Shown here in pieces: positions 36,140-49,020 of a stretch of DNA of 64,000 bases. The notes beneath the pieces are model-generated. The model did not search any database. It saw only the letters and a program-made list of their open reading frames with translations, and was not told the origin of the DNA. Location: positions 35,340,001 through 35,404,000 of the forward strand of contig NC_043015.1 in assembly GCF_006345805.1 (NCBI RefSeq), in the 5' to 3' direction. The position numbers were made by a program, and so were the translations under genes. This DNA comes from Octopus sinensis (lineage: Eukaryota). Every line of letters starts with the position of its first letter. Position 1 is the stretch's first letter.

Positions 36140-38955
36140 TGTGGTGTTATGAGCCAGGCTGTGTTGTAGGGTAGGATCAGAGGTGAGGGAGTAGGCATGT
36201 CCTGTTGGAAGTGGGGCCTGTGGATCCCACCGGAAGTGCCGTGGTGTTGTGGCATTCAGTGAAGCACAAGGGTCAGTCGGTGGTGAACAGCACATCAAAG
36301 CAGACGTGTAAGACGGTACAGCAATGGATAGTGCACGTGGACGTGAAGTGAACCTTGGAGATTGAGACAGCACATAGATGTTGAAAGTGAACCTTTTTCT
36401 GGACCGACAGGTAAGACTACCATAATTCTCTCTTTGCTTCCATTTTTTTTCTTCTTTTACATCACAAGCTAGTTTGGCTCAAACGGAAAAAAAAAAAAAT
36501 GATGGGTATGGTCCATGTTTCAAATGAGACGGTTAGTACATTTTGTGGCAAGGGAGATGTGACTACTTGGCTGCCAAAAATTAAGTTGGTAGCAAGACTC
36601 TAAGATATAGATGATCTAGCAAGTTTTATACCACTGTACCTTGATGGATTGGCGTTATACCTGGAAATGGAGGAGAAGGACCAGTTGAGCACAGAAAAAA
36701 TAGAAGGCCGACTGATGGAGGCTTTCACAGAAGGGCCATTTATGGCATATAGTCGACTGGGGAAAGTGAACTGGATGGGCGAATAGGTTGCCAAAGAAAT
36801 CAGGAGATTGGCTAGACTAGTAGAATATAGAGATGGCGCGTTAGAACAAACCGTAAAATTAGCCTTTGTGACAAGATTTCCTGACAATGTGTTGGTCAAG
36901 CTGCAAAAGCTGCCGAACATTCACTCAATGGCAATAGGAGTGGTAATATCTCGGGCCAGAGCCATTGTCTTGTGTTGCAGGACAACACCTCATCAAGAGG
37001 CAAGCTGAAGGAGTGAGGTGGAGTGATAATGTGGGTGAGAAGACAACTGCCATGATGCAAGAAATCTTGGAGAGGGTGACTGCAGAGGACCCAGTAAGAG
37101 GGAACTAGTATGTACCCAAATTGAAGAAGGGGATCATGTAGTGTGATGTCAGCAGCATAGCGACGGGAGTTGTCCTGGAAATTAGATGTGTCATGGTGGA
37201 GGATGCGGCCTGGCTTAGGAAGAAGGACGACTGCAACCACATCAATGTGGCGGAGCTGAATGTCATGCTGAAAGGGCTGAACCTGGCGCTGAGGTGGGGG
37301 CTGTGTACAATCGAGATCCGGACCGATTCAGCCACTGTACTTAGGTGGGTGGGATCAGTGATCACAGGCGAGCGGAGGGTGCAAATCAAAGGGTTGGAGA
37401 GATACTAATAAAACACCACCTGGAAATTCTGGGCGAGCTAGCTGCCGAGTTTGACCTGAGGCTGAGTGTGATTTTTGTGCCCTCAGAGAGGAATAGAGTA
37501 GATGTCCTGACCAGAGCAAAGTAAGCCTGGTTGCAGATGCCAGAGGATCTGGAGCAAGGAGTGGATGCAGTGTGCCGACTGAGTGACTCGGAGCTGAGGA
37601 GATTGCATACCATGCATCACATGGGGGTGGACAGGACCCTGTTCCTAGCTAGGAAAGTTGACTCTGATGTGACCAGGCAGAGTATACAAAGAGTAGTTGG
37701 GAGCTGCTACAGGTGCCAGTCCATTGACCCCGCACTGGGTGTGCATGAGGCAGGAAGCATTCCAATGGAATACAACTGGAAATGACTGGCAGTGGATGTG
37801 GTGCACTAACGACAGGGGACATACCTCTTGATGGTCAGCTGCAGAATGGGGCGATTAGCCATATGGAGGGAGATGAATACAGGGACTGGGGAGGAAATCA
37901 CAAGAATACTGAATGAGGTATTCCTACAATGAGGCCCTGTGGATGAGCTGCTTGTGGACAATGGCATTGCGTTTCACTTGGAGGTGCTGGGGAAATGCTC
38001 GACAAGTGGCATGTCAGCCGTTTCTTCAGGTTGGCATACTGGTCAAGTGGCAAGGGGGCTGTGGAGAGGCATCATCGTACCATCAAGACCATAGCAGAGA
38101 GGGGCCACATCTCACTGGCTGAGATTGTTTTTTGGTATATGTCGCCAAGAATGGGACAGGCTGAGGAGTCATTGCCACACAAGGCAATATTCAAGTACGA
38201 GTGGAGGCATCCATGTACTGCATTGCTGCATCCCACAGAAGAAAAGGAGCATACCTTTGTGCAGGTCAGAGAAGTCTGGGTTAAGCTCCCAAATGCATGG
38301 TGCACATCACAATGGGAAAAGGGGACAATAACCTCTGTGAATTCGAGGAATAATGCATCCATAGATGGCATTCCAAGACATGTTTTCGATGTGTGCACAA
38401 TCATCACTGTGATGGAGGATGGGGCCAACAGTAATGGACAAGAGGACAAAGCTGACAGCAACATGCCAGGAACTGAGATTAGTTCTGAAGTCCCACAGCA
38501 GTCACAGAGGGAGCGGTACCCTCTTCACTGGTTGGCTGATTACGAGACAAGTTAAGGTGTGTGATTGGAGTTGAGAAGAGGGTATGCGCAGGTTGATTGA
38601 ATGATCTTCAGATCGGGGGAAGGCATGTGGTGTTATGAGCCAGGCTGCATTGTAGGGAAGGATTGGAAGTGAAGGAGTAGGCATGTCCTATTGGAAGTTG
38701 GGCCTGTGGATCCCACCAGAAGAGCCACAGTGGACATGCAGCATTCAGTGAAGCACAATGGTTAGTCAGTGATGAACAGCACATCAGAGCCGACGTGTGA
38801 GACAGTACAGCAACGGATAGCGCACGTGGATGTGAAGTGAACCTTGGAGATCGAGACAGCATGTGGATGTTGAATGTGACTCTTTTTCCAGACCGACAGG
38901 TAAGATTACCATAATTCTCTCTTTGCTTCCATCTTTTTTCTTCTTTTATATCACA
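36140..38955 (+). mobile_element. Gypsy-like LTR retrotransposon, internally deleted (gag, RNase H, integrase; no protease/RT)
   Basis: LTRs 36140-36466 and 38626-38955 (TGTGGTG...ATCACA), with a polypurine tract GGGGGAAGGCA before the 3' LTR. Gag: FIPLYLDGLALYLEMEEKDQ. RNase H: *CDVSSIATGVVLEI..VEDAAWLRKKDDCNHINVAEL..TDS. Integrase: HTMHHMGVDRT..CYRCQ, LAVDV, LLVDNG, AVERHHRTIK. Confidence 0.9.
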
Positions 38956-38964
38956 ACAACACAA

Positions 38965-39560
38965 CTTGGAAGACTGAAAGTGAAAGTCCTCCAGCAGAAA
39001 GACAGACTGTCAACAAAAATTACAGTCTACAAGGCAGTAGTCATCTCTATACTACTCTATGTATGTCAAACATGGACCCTATACTGTTGGCACAAATATC
39101 AAACAGCTGGAACAGCTTCACACAAGAGCTATATGCAGGATCATAGGCATTTGTTGGTAGGGCAGTGTTTCAAACCAAGAAGTGCTGGACTGAGCTTGTT
39201 CAATAAGCATTAAGTCAAGGTTCAGTTACATTGGACTGACCATGTCATCAGAATGACTGACAACTGTTGTAGGGTGAGCTCACACAGGGCTGAAGCAAAT
39301 AAAGAAGGCCTAAACTGAGGTACAAAGACACTCTGAAAAGCAACCTCAAATGGAGTAGCATTAGTCCACGCAAATTCAAAACTTGCCACAGTCAGATCAG
39401 TGTGGTCTCTCACCCCATGAGCAGCAGCTGCCTTTAAAGAGGACTGGTGACAGCATCTTGGTGCTGCAATAGAAAGATGCCACAAGGCAACATCCACCTC
39501 AGTCCAATCAATATACTATCGCTGTGACATCTGTGGATGCCTGTATGCTTCCAGCTTTCG
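38965..39560 (+). mobile_element. RTE (BovB-like) LINE C-terminal fragment
   Basis: KVLQQKDRLSTKITVYKAVVISILLYVCQTWTLY and decayed QLHWTDHVIRM and LRYKDTLKSNLK. Confidence 0.75.
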
Positions 39561-39627
39561 ACTGTAAAGTAATATACACACTTGTCACTGAGAACAGATT
39601 TTGTTATCATCAGACCCCAATGGACAA

Positions 39628-39672
<45 letters not shown>

Positions 39673-39974
39673 CATTTTGGGATTTGGTTTGCAAGATTCT
39701 TTATGTGAGTTCGTGTGTTGAAGCATATTCTGTTGTCTGGAGGGAGTCATTCTCTTGTAGTGCCTTATAATTTAACACAATCATTGATAAAATTTCCACT
39801 TATTTCCTTCTTTATTTTTCAAAAATTTTTATCGCAGCTTACAACCTTTCCAGTAGTTGTTGACTGTTATCCACATAGTGTTCTTTCTTCTTGTTTGTGC
39901 GCATGTGTATGGGTCAGTGTGTGTGGTTGCACCTTAAACCTGCATGTATATTTTTTTGTTAAACTTTATTATGT

Positions 39975-40790
39975 GGTTCTTACACTGGCCCCTATTGCAT
40001 GTGCAATCATTTCTTTCACCTGATTGTTGTTCTCAGGGTCTTGGGTGGGTATGGTCCAGCCATTCCAGCACTCTGTGGTGCTTTTCTTCATTGGTGAAGT
40101 GATGGTAGGTGGTCTTCCCCTCTGTGGCCTGGTGGGGTAGAACCTACTGATGTCATGGTCATCTAAATAGTAACTGTCATAGCGTAGTCTAAGGAGGAGG
40201 CCCAGTTCCCTCATGTTGACTTCACGGAACTCTACTTCACTCTCACAGATTACCTCAATGCATTTCCCCACAGCAAAATCTATGTCTATAGACGAGTAGA
40301 GTGAAATCACATCCATACTACCCACGACACAATCTGTGAGGTCGTTGGAATGGTTGCAAGTACTGATTTTACTGAGATCTTCCATGCTCAAACACACACC
40401 TGGAGACATTGCTATGAGAGGCCATAACACCTGTGAGAGGAAGTAGGACAGTCTAAAGTTGGAGATATTCGCTCCACAAACTGATCTGGTTGGGGGCCCC
40501 ATGGCAGGGTTTATGGTCTTTGTGTAACTTGTGTAGTGCAGGAACATCATTGTTGGATGCTTGGAAATTGTGTGCCATCCTTTTTATAGGTTGGAGTATG
40601 TTGCACCACATTGCCATGTGTGCATTGAGGAGTTTTTCCACTCTTTCATGTTCCTGTGGTGCAACTTCTCCCATGCTTCTAATGTGTTGTTGCATGGTCT
40701 GGACATAGTTCTGTGGGGCTATCTATTGACAGTATGCCAGACTTGTCCGTAGGAAGGCACACCAATTCCTTGTTCCAAGCTATAGATATA
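39975..40790 (-). mobile_element. Penelope-like reverse transcriptase remnant
   Basis: ALHKLHKDHK, GPPTRSVCGAN..LSYFLSQVL, CLSMEDL, VVGSMDVISLYSSIDIDFAVGKC. Confidence 0.7.
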
Positions 40791-40881
40791 GGGTAAAAAA
40801 TTATTAATTTATAATTAATAAATTTCACCAAGTAGTTTCGATATGGAAAGGAACCATATTCGGTAAAAACTTATACAAGAA

Positions 40882-40939
<58 letters not shown>

Positions 40940-41335
40940 CATACACACACATATAGATATAAATAGTAGAGAAATATATGCATATATACATACATATATG
41001 TACATACCTACACATATATATAGACATGCATATATGGGTACAGGACTTTTGTTCGAACAACAAAAAAAACAGAGAAACGAGACATACAACATAAAGAATA
41101 TTCCCCTTCTTCAGTTGTCCGTTTCACCAACTCTACATTCCAAAGGCAAGGACAAGACGCGACTTCATTGAAATAGTCCTTCTCGCAAAGCAAATTAAAT
41201 AAAATTTGGAATTTTTTGCGGATGGTGAAAGTAGTTAAAAGAACAGGACAATGAGAACAAAACAGTAAAAACAAACACCCATATATGCATGTATATATAC
41301 ATATATATGTAGGTATGTACATATATGTATATATA

Positions 41336-41366
<31 letters not shown>

Positions 41367-42891
41367 TATATTATTATATGATCAAACGCCACACATCCTT
41401 TTCTAAGTAAGTTTTATACATATATATACATACACACATACATACAGATACACACACACACACACACAAAAAAAACATGTATAGATGTAATTGAAAGTGA
41501 TCTCTTTCTGGACTACATTAAGTCCTTTAAAGTATATGTGGTAACCATCTGCAAGACTAGAGTTTGTAACCAGGATGCAGCACCTGCTCTTCTAACACTT
41601 CTTTTAGTCAATCCAAAGTAGGAAGGTGCAATGCTGCTTAAAAAAGCTATGCATCTCAAGGAAGGATGAACTTAGTAGTGAATGGGAATGAAAATAGTAT
41701 GCTTAGGGTTTTGGGTTAGTGTATGCTAGTGGTCCCGAAGTGGGAGGTACTAACACCCTAGTGGTGATAAAATGATTGAGGGGCAGGATGACAACGATAG
41801 CAGTGCCACACATGCATCCTCAAATAATGATTAAAAATATTGATTTCTGAAATTTGATTGAAATAATTACATCAAATGAACTCTTGAAGAATGAAAGACC
41901 AATTTTTTGTTTTTAATTTTATTAATTGCAACAAGGGATCTAGTTAAATTCATTCACAGAATCAGCATTTTTTTAAAAGGAAGTAAAAAATCTGAATATC
42001 AGTTATATTGAAGCAGTTTTCCACTCTTATTTCCATGAAACTATTATCTGATGGAGAAAAAATTTTAACATAAAAGTTAAAGATGTTTAAAATTTAAAAA
42101 AACTGTATTTTTAGCCAATAGTGAGACAGAAATTTTCTGCATTGTAACAGGGTCGACTTAGTGGTGTCAACTTTAAGGTTGTACCCTATGGAATTTATAG
42201 TTTAGCATCTGTGAAATGACCTATTATCTAATAATGTCAACATGTATCATCTTACTGCTTTTTTTTGTCTCATCATTGATTTCTATAGTGTTTTGTATGT
42301 TTTTATTACTTTTTTAACAATTCGTTATACCAATATATTTGTCTGCATGTGTTTACTTTATGCGTATCAGCCAGCTATGTTAATATAATGTGTAACCATA
42401 AGACTGCAAGTTGACAGAATCATTAGCACACAAGGCAGAGTGCTTTACATTCTGAGTTCAAATTCCACACAAGTTGCCTTTGCCTTTCAAGGTTGATCAT
42501 CCTAGAAAAAGATGAAGATCCATTTCCTTAAATTTTTGTTTACTTATACACATCAGCAAATGAGCCAATGAGGTAATCTTTGTGGTTGTTCAATTTGCTA
42601 GAAATAACAGCCAAATCTCCTTCACACTATGCTCTAACATTTCAAAAATGAAGGACACATTAAATAATGTCCTACATCTTCAATAAAAATATAGAATTGC
42701 TCATTCTGGCCTGACCTGGGTTTGAACTGAAAGGCATTCGCTGCAACGAATGTAAACACAGAAAAACTTAAAGAAATGTATGTAAAATATTAAGATAATT
42801 GACGAAAAATATCTACAGTAAAATTCTAATTGATAAATATGAACTTTTATAAAAACAAACCCCACGGGTGAAGTGAAACACATAGCGTGCG

Positions 42892-42905
42892 GTTGTCATG
42901 GTAAC
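42892..42905. promoter_or_regulatory. RFX X-box motif (candidate DNAH1 promoter)
   Basis: GTTGTCATGGTAAC fits the ciliary-gene X-box consensus GTHNYY-AT-RRNAAC. It lies upstream of DNAH1 in a locally CpG-retaining region. Confidence 0.6.
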
Positions 42906-42930
42906 AAGATGTTAATGCCTAGCTGTCTGT

Positions 42931-42939
42931 TGATTGGCT
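42931..42939 (-). promoter_or_regulatory. NF-Y CCAAT box
   Basis: The minus strand reads AGCCAATCA, about 26 nt upstream of the X-box relative to DNAH1. Confidence 0.45.
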
Positions 42940-43139
42940 AAAATTACCCAAATTTTTCCAACTTTATTTCGAAATAATAGATTCTTTAATTTACGAGATA
43001 AAGTAATTAGTTGATCGTAATAAAAAATCAGAGTTGTATCGATTCACCAAAATTAAAGAGGTATGATTTTGTGAATCAATTTAACTAGATCCGCAACAAG
43101 AAACAACAGAATATTAAGAAAGCGAAGGGAATAGGCTAC

Positions 43140-43330
43140 GAGGGGTTTAACCTAGGAAGAGTGAAATCTTCTTGGAATCACACCGTATCTGAAGACAAGA
43201 CAGTACTTGAAACTCTCCACACACGTTTCTACTATCTTGGTTCGAGCAGAGAACTGGCAGTGGTGAAAAACAGAACCGTCTGAGCGATATTTGATGGTTA
43301 TGGCGGATACGTTGTTGATCTGCGCATAAC
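43140..43330 (-). mobile_element. Short decayed RTE RT fragment
   Basis: AITIKYRSDGSVFHHCQFSARTKIVET resembles the RTE I.YR.DGSLFNLRRLQA.TK segment. Confidence 0.4.
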
Positions 43331-43531
43331 TGGAGTTAACAACCGATTACTATCAATAAATACGATTCTCAGAGATAAATGAAATTTGGAAATTTATCCC
43401 TGAACAAAAATAAATTAAATACAGTGAAAATAATAAAATAATGCTTTCAGCCACTTTACCTTTATCTCGCAATTTCGCTAATTAGCGGAGATGCATTTTC
43501 ATAACGAGTGTCAACAAACACCGCGTCGTCG

Positions 43532-43545
43532 GTCACCATAGCAAC
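43532..43545. promoter_or_regulatory. Second RFX X-box motif
   Basis: GTCACCATAGCAAC fits the X-box consensus. Confidence 0.45.
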
Positions 43546-43636
43546 TTGTAAGGGAGACAACTCGATGTGAACGTTATCAAATATGGAGTCGTTCAACAAA
43601 CTGCTTATCTTGGCAAAAGTAACATACTATATCGTT

Positions 43637-44035
43637 TACTAGCAGTATCGCCCGGCGTTGCTCGGGTTTGTTTCGACCCTTTAAAATTGGAATTTTTGGA
43701 AAGTAAAAATTTTGCATTATGTAGCTTGTTATTCTCTTTAAGTGAACATTTTTCTGGTTGAAATATACCAAAAAATGGCGACACAGCAGTCAAAAATTGT
43801 AAAAAAAAAAAAAGGGATTTTCATAGAAAAAAAAGTACCTTTTTGATGTAAATAATTTTTGGTCTTAACACGGTCCGATTTGAATTTTTTCTTCAAGGAA
43901 AGGAAGAGCAAGCCCTCTATCATATTCTCAATTTTGGTCAACTTGCACTGCAGGGTCTCGGAGGAGATAGTGTAAGTTGAAGGCTACCAAGCCTGCCATA
44001 CACAGACAACTTCAGCTTTATATATAGAGATATAT
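43637..44035 (+). mobile_element. Non-autonomous Helitron/Helentron-like element
   Basis: Begins TACTAGCAGTATCGCCCGGCGTTGCTCGGG (CCCG..CGGG hairpin) and ends CTTCAGCTTTATATATAGAGA, the end pattern typical of these elements. Confidence 0.55.
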
Positions 44036-44049
44036 AGTGTATATATATA

Positions 44050-44835
44050 TAATAATAATAATAATAATGAAATTATTGTATACAGTGCTCAGGTGCACCA
44101 CAACTTGTCAGAAAGTGCATATAAAGTACATGCAGTAATGTAAAAATGTTTGGAAAGCGAACAATGCATGAGTCAGATACATGCTTGTGTGTGTATGGAG
44201 GGGGGAACATCAGGTGTAGTGTTGGCGAATTTCAGAAAGCATGGAAGTTTTGAAGGATGCAGTGCTCCGACAACTAACAACTGATGCCGGCAGTTTGTTC
44301 CACGCTTCAGCAACTCTCAGCGTGAAAAAATGTTTCCTGAAGTCATGGGAGCTGTGCTGTTTTCTGACTTTGTAAATATGTCCACGGGTGTTAGATGGGT
44401 GGAGTTTGAAAAGGTGCTCAGAGTTATTGGTTGTAAGATGGTTAATAATTTTATTGGTGTCTGCCAAGTCAGCTGCCAGACGTCGGAGTTTCAATGTGTC
44501 CATGCCCGGGGAAGTAAGGCGTTCAGGATATGGCAAATGCCTGATGGAGGGTATTCTTTTGGTTGCACGTCGCTGAACAGCTTCCAGACGATTGATATCC
44601 TGGGCAAGATAGGGGTTCCAGACCGGTGATGCAAATTCCAGGTGAGGTCTTACCATAGCTATATAAAGCCGCAGATAGATAGCCGGAGAGCGGCTCACAA
44701 AGGATTTGGTGAGTGATGCCAAGACACCCTCAGCCTTCTTGACAATTTTAGCGATGTGTTTTGTCCAACGCAAATCACTGTCGACAATAACACCCAGGTC
44801 ACGTTCACGTGAAGACTTTTTGAGACTAGTGTTGT
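44050..44835 (-). mobile_element. 5'-truncated CR1-clade LINE with uninterrupted ORF2 C-terminus
   Basis: ERDLGVIVDSDLRWTKHI..LYIAMVRPHLEFASPVWNPY..LEAVQRRATK..LRRLAADL..TRGH..FFTLRVAEAWNKLP, then a 3' UTR and an (ATT)n tail at about 44050-44070. Confidence 0.92.
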
Positions 44836-46329
44836 GGAGGGAGTATATATATATATATACACGGTCAACACACACATTGCATGCATGTGTTTTGTACGCA
44901 TAAATGTGAGTGTGTGTGTGTGTGACTGAAGCCATTCAAACATACATACATAATACCTGTCTGTCTGTTTTTATCTGTCAATCACTCACTAAAAAGAAAT
45001 TTAAAAAATCTGTTATCTCTCTCTCTCCCCCTCCCTCCCTCTCTTTGCAACGTCGCTAGGAGGGGACTTAACTCATGGCATCATTACAGTGGATTTCTTC
45101 GCCATGAAAATTGAAGTTATGGCTCAAAATTATTTACCACTATTCGCAGGAAAATAATTTGACGAAAATACAGCTAGGGTCGTGACGAATGTCCTAAAAT
45201 TTGAGCAACATGCGTGCTAATTTATGGATGTACATAAACTACAATCACGTACACACACGCATTCTGTATATATATATATATATGTACAGATGCTTTACCT
45301 TAAACATACTGCTTTAGTCGAAGTTCGGCCAAAGTTTTCATCACTCTACAACGTTACCATTTTTTTAATACTTATATTCACGTCACTCGATTTGCAACAA
45401 ATAGCAATTAAATTTCCCTCAAATCTTACTAAACTATTTTAAAAAATAGGATGCATTGATAATTCAACTGTTGATACACTGGGTCTGAATATGAGACCCG
45501 TTAGTCATGGAGAATGTATTTGATAATGTCTGCTTCATTGGACTGGCTTCAAGTGAAACTAACCGTTTAAAAAAATTATTATTTCAAAACTACACAACTT
45601 CAATTTTTCTTTCTGAGAAACCTTATGTTGGAATATAACACGTATGTATATGATACATATATAATACAAACCACATTAAAGATACTAATACAAAACCAGT
45701 AGGAAAAAATGGAAGAAGAGGAACGAAGAGAGAAAAGCCGAAAGAAAAATAAAACAAAGAAATAACTAAAAACATCAATCCAACATCGAGCACCAGCATG
45801 TATTTCGTTACTATGCTATCATCCTAGCAATGCTTCAATTTAAATCAAGTAAAATATTGTTTACTTACTTTGACTATAGAGGAGTAATAAAGTCCATGAA
45901 CAAAACATATATTGTGCTTGCTTCAAACAGGAAGAGGGCCTCAAAGCAAAACTGATCCATAATAATACATCAAGCAAGAGAGGATATTCAGTTCTATAAT
46001 TACAGATTATAGTTTATTCCCCCCCTCCCACCTTTTAAATTGAACTACATTGTGTCAGCTAATGTAGACATGACATCTAAATTAAATAAACAGTGAAGAA
46101 ACATTGAAGATATATATTGGAGTAGTATAGTTTCCATGAAGCAATTTTTGATATATATAAATGTTTTTATTTTTTAAACCAAAGCAATGCATCTTATTAA
46201 CAATTACTAATATGAATCAATGTACTTGTAATTTGTAAGCATACTAACCATCGACTTGTACAATTAATTTTTAATAATATGCATTGTTTTGGCTTGAAAA
46301 AATAATTAAAAACATGCAGCATGCAAGAG

Positions 46330-48460
46330 AGAAGACTGCACTAGTTTGATTATATGTTGGGGATGGATACTGACGGTTCTATAAGGAAGTACTGATCTTG
46401 CAAAGTGGCTGAGAAACCCAAACAAGGGAGACATTGTGGAAGATTTAAGGCCTATCACTCTGCTTAGAGCAGAGTTGAAGATTTTATCCAAAGTGTTAGC
46501 CAAGAGGTTGGCGTTTGTTGTGGACAAGCTGGTTGGTGAGGTGCAAACATGTGCCATCCCAACTAGGACTATTCATGACAACCTTCACCTTATGCACTAC
46601 ATCATGCAGATGGTGGGTGATGAAGATGGCATGGGTGGGGCTCTGATAATTTTAGACCAATTTAAAGCCTTTAATATGGTCAACCATCAATACTTGGCAG
46701 CTGTCCTCAAGGCAGCCAGTTTTCCACAGTTGAATAGTTGCTTTGCACAACAGCATCTGCTCAGTTGTTTGGGTGAATGGTCACCTGTTAGAACCATTCA
46801 GCATCTTGCATTCAGTCTGTCAAGAGTGACCTCTCTCCTCCTTTCTGTATGTACTGACTCTTAAGCCATTACTGCGGAAACTGGAAGCTTTGAAGTGTGT
46901 CCCATGTGATTTAGGATGTAGGAGAAGTGTGTCTGCTTATGCTAACGAAGTCACTGTCATAGTTTCGAGCCACAGGTATATAGACCTGATTAGCAACACA
47001 CTACAAGAATATGAAGCAATGAAAGAAGCAAAAATTAATGCGAAAAAGTCAGTGGTCTTGCAACTTGAAACCTGGAGAGACAAGTCCATGCTGTCCAACA
47101 GTGTAATGGGGCACTGAACAGATAGTCTGGTTAAATTGTTCAGGGTGTGGTTCGGTCCAGTCCTCCAGGTGGAGAAAAGTTAGGACGAGGTGACAAGCAG
47201 GGTAGTCAATCTTACCCAGAAATGGGCCAAGAGGAAGCTGTACCTGAAAGATCAAGCGGAAGTGGCGAATGCGTACATTGCAGCCATCATCTATTACCAT
47301 TTGACCATTGTCCCTTGCCCCATTTGCTGGTGTGCTGGTCAGGCACTCCATCTGCTGTCAAAACCACTGAATGGACTGCTGGGTATGCCGTGGTTACTGA
47401 TGTGGAGACATGCACTCAGGCTATGGCACCTCCAGTGTTTCCTTGAGGGTAAGCAGGTGTGGCCACCATTTGTCAGACTTACTTTTCTACAGCTCACCTC
47501 TGACTGAGCTGCAGTCTTGGATTAGGTGTAGACCGAGGAGGGACACTTGGCACCTTGAGTGCCATCAAGTGCTCACAGCTCTCTGCCAGGCAGGCAATGT
47601 GGTTGGTGGTAGTTCCACTCTAGCATTCTATAGAGTGCTAGTGGCGGGGAAGTGCAACAATGTTCTTGGAGAAACTCTAGGTGTCAACGAGGATCGACCA
47701 ACTGGTCTGTTTCGGAGAACTTTTGGGCTTAAGCCTATGGATAACTTCCAGAAATCCCCTGCCTAGCAGTGCTACCAAGGGGCACTGCCTGTACGAAATA
47801 AACTTTACAGGCACAGAAGTGCCATCAGTTGGGCCTGCCTGAGGTGCACCTAGAATGATGAAACTGTTCTGCACACCCTTGCAGTGCCTGAGTATTGCTA
47901 CCTGTAGGTTTATGACAAATACCTGGTGTTGTATGTAGGACAGACCTGGCTATCAGCTGAATCCATAATGAAGATTACCCTATCACCTTCCATTGGCCAG
48001 GAGAAGCAGGCAATTTTTATTTGTCTGGTGACTGTAGTGAAAGAGGTAGTATGGTGGACTCATCTGAAAGGGCTAAAGTCAGACACTTACCTCTTTGGCC
48101 AAGCCCTCATCGACTTTTTCAAGTTTCACTTGAAAAGGAAGTTGAGGGTGGAGAGAGGATTGTTGCTTTGTAGCAAGTTTGTTGAAAGGTGGGTGAATGT
48201 TGGAAGAAAGGTCGGTGTGAAAGAACCAATTCTGAGTGTACACCTGTGAAAGATAACATCTTTCATGTTGATCAGGCACCTGTGGCTTTTGTGAGTTTTT
48301 CTATGAGGACCTTAAAGTGCCTCCCCTATTAGGAGTTTTATTTTGTTTAATTTTTCATTGTTGTTTATAATGTTTACTCAATTCGAAAACCCACTGTATT
48401 GTCTTGTGCTGTCGTTTATGTTTGTGTCATCTCATTTTATGTATCTTTATATTAGCCCTT
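46330..48460 (+). mobile_element. Tx1/L1-clade LINE remnant
   Basis: EDLRPITLLRAELKILSKVLAKRL..QTCAIPTRTIHDNLHLM..ALIILDQFKAFNMVNHQYL, SAYANEVTVIV and a decayed C-terminus ending KFVERWVNV. Confidence 0.85.
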
Positions 48461-48926
48461 GCAGCCACTAAAAGAAATAATTATCGTTGTCGTTACTGTC
48501 ACTGCAGTTGCTGTTGTTCTCGTTATCAACACCAAAAGTTCTGACATTGCTTAGAGATGAAACATTTTTCACCTTGTTGACATAATTAAGTTTAGGCCAT
48601 TTGTTATTCATATTCTCAATTTTTACCAACAAGAAGTGTGCTCCCTTGTTGAACATTATGATTCATTCTTTAAATAATTACAGAAAATTACAAAATATTT
48701 GCTTTTGCTGGAAGCAGTTAAAATTCAAAATTTATAGAAGTGCACCCCCTGCAAAACAGGGGATATTTCCATACAAAAATACTATCTGTACAGTCCAGAT
48801 AATCTGGGAAATGTAAAGGTGACAATAGAAATGGAAAACAATAGGGCCTTAGAAGGCTGAAAAGATTACAAACACTTTTTCAACTTACGGAGCACCAAAT
48901 TTCTGTGACTTCACAGTATGGCAGCC

Positions 48927-49020
48927 ATAATAATAATAATAATAATAATAATAATAGTAATAGTAATAATAATAATAATAATAACAACAACAATAATAAT
49001 AATAATGATGATGATAATAA
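48927..49020. repeat. (AAT)n trinucleotide microsatellite
   Basis: Directly visible; it explains the poly-Ile and poly-Tyr ORFs. Confidence 0.95.
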
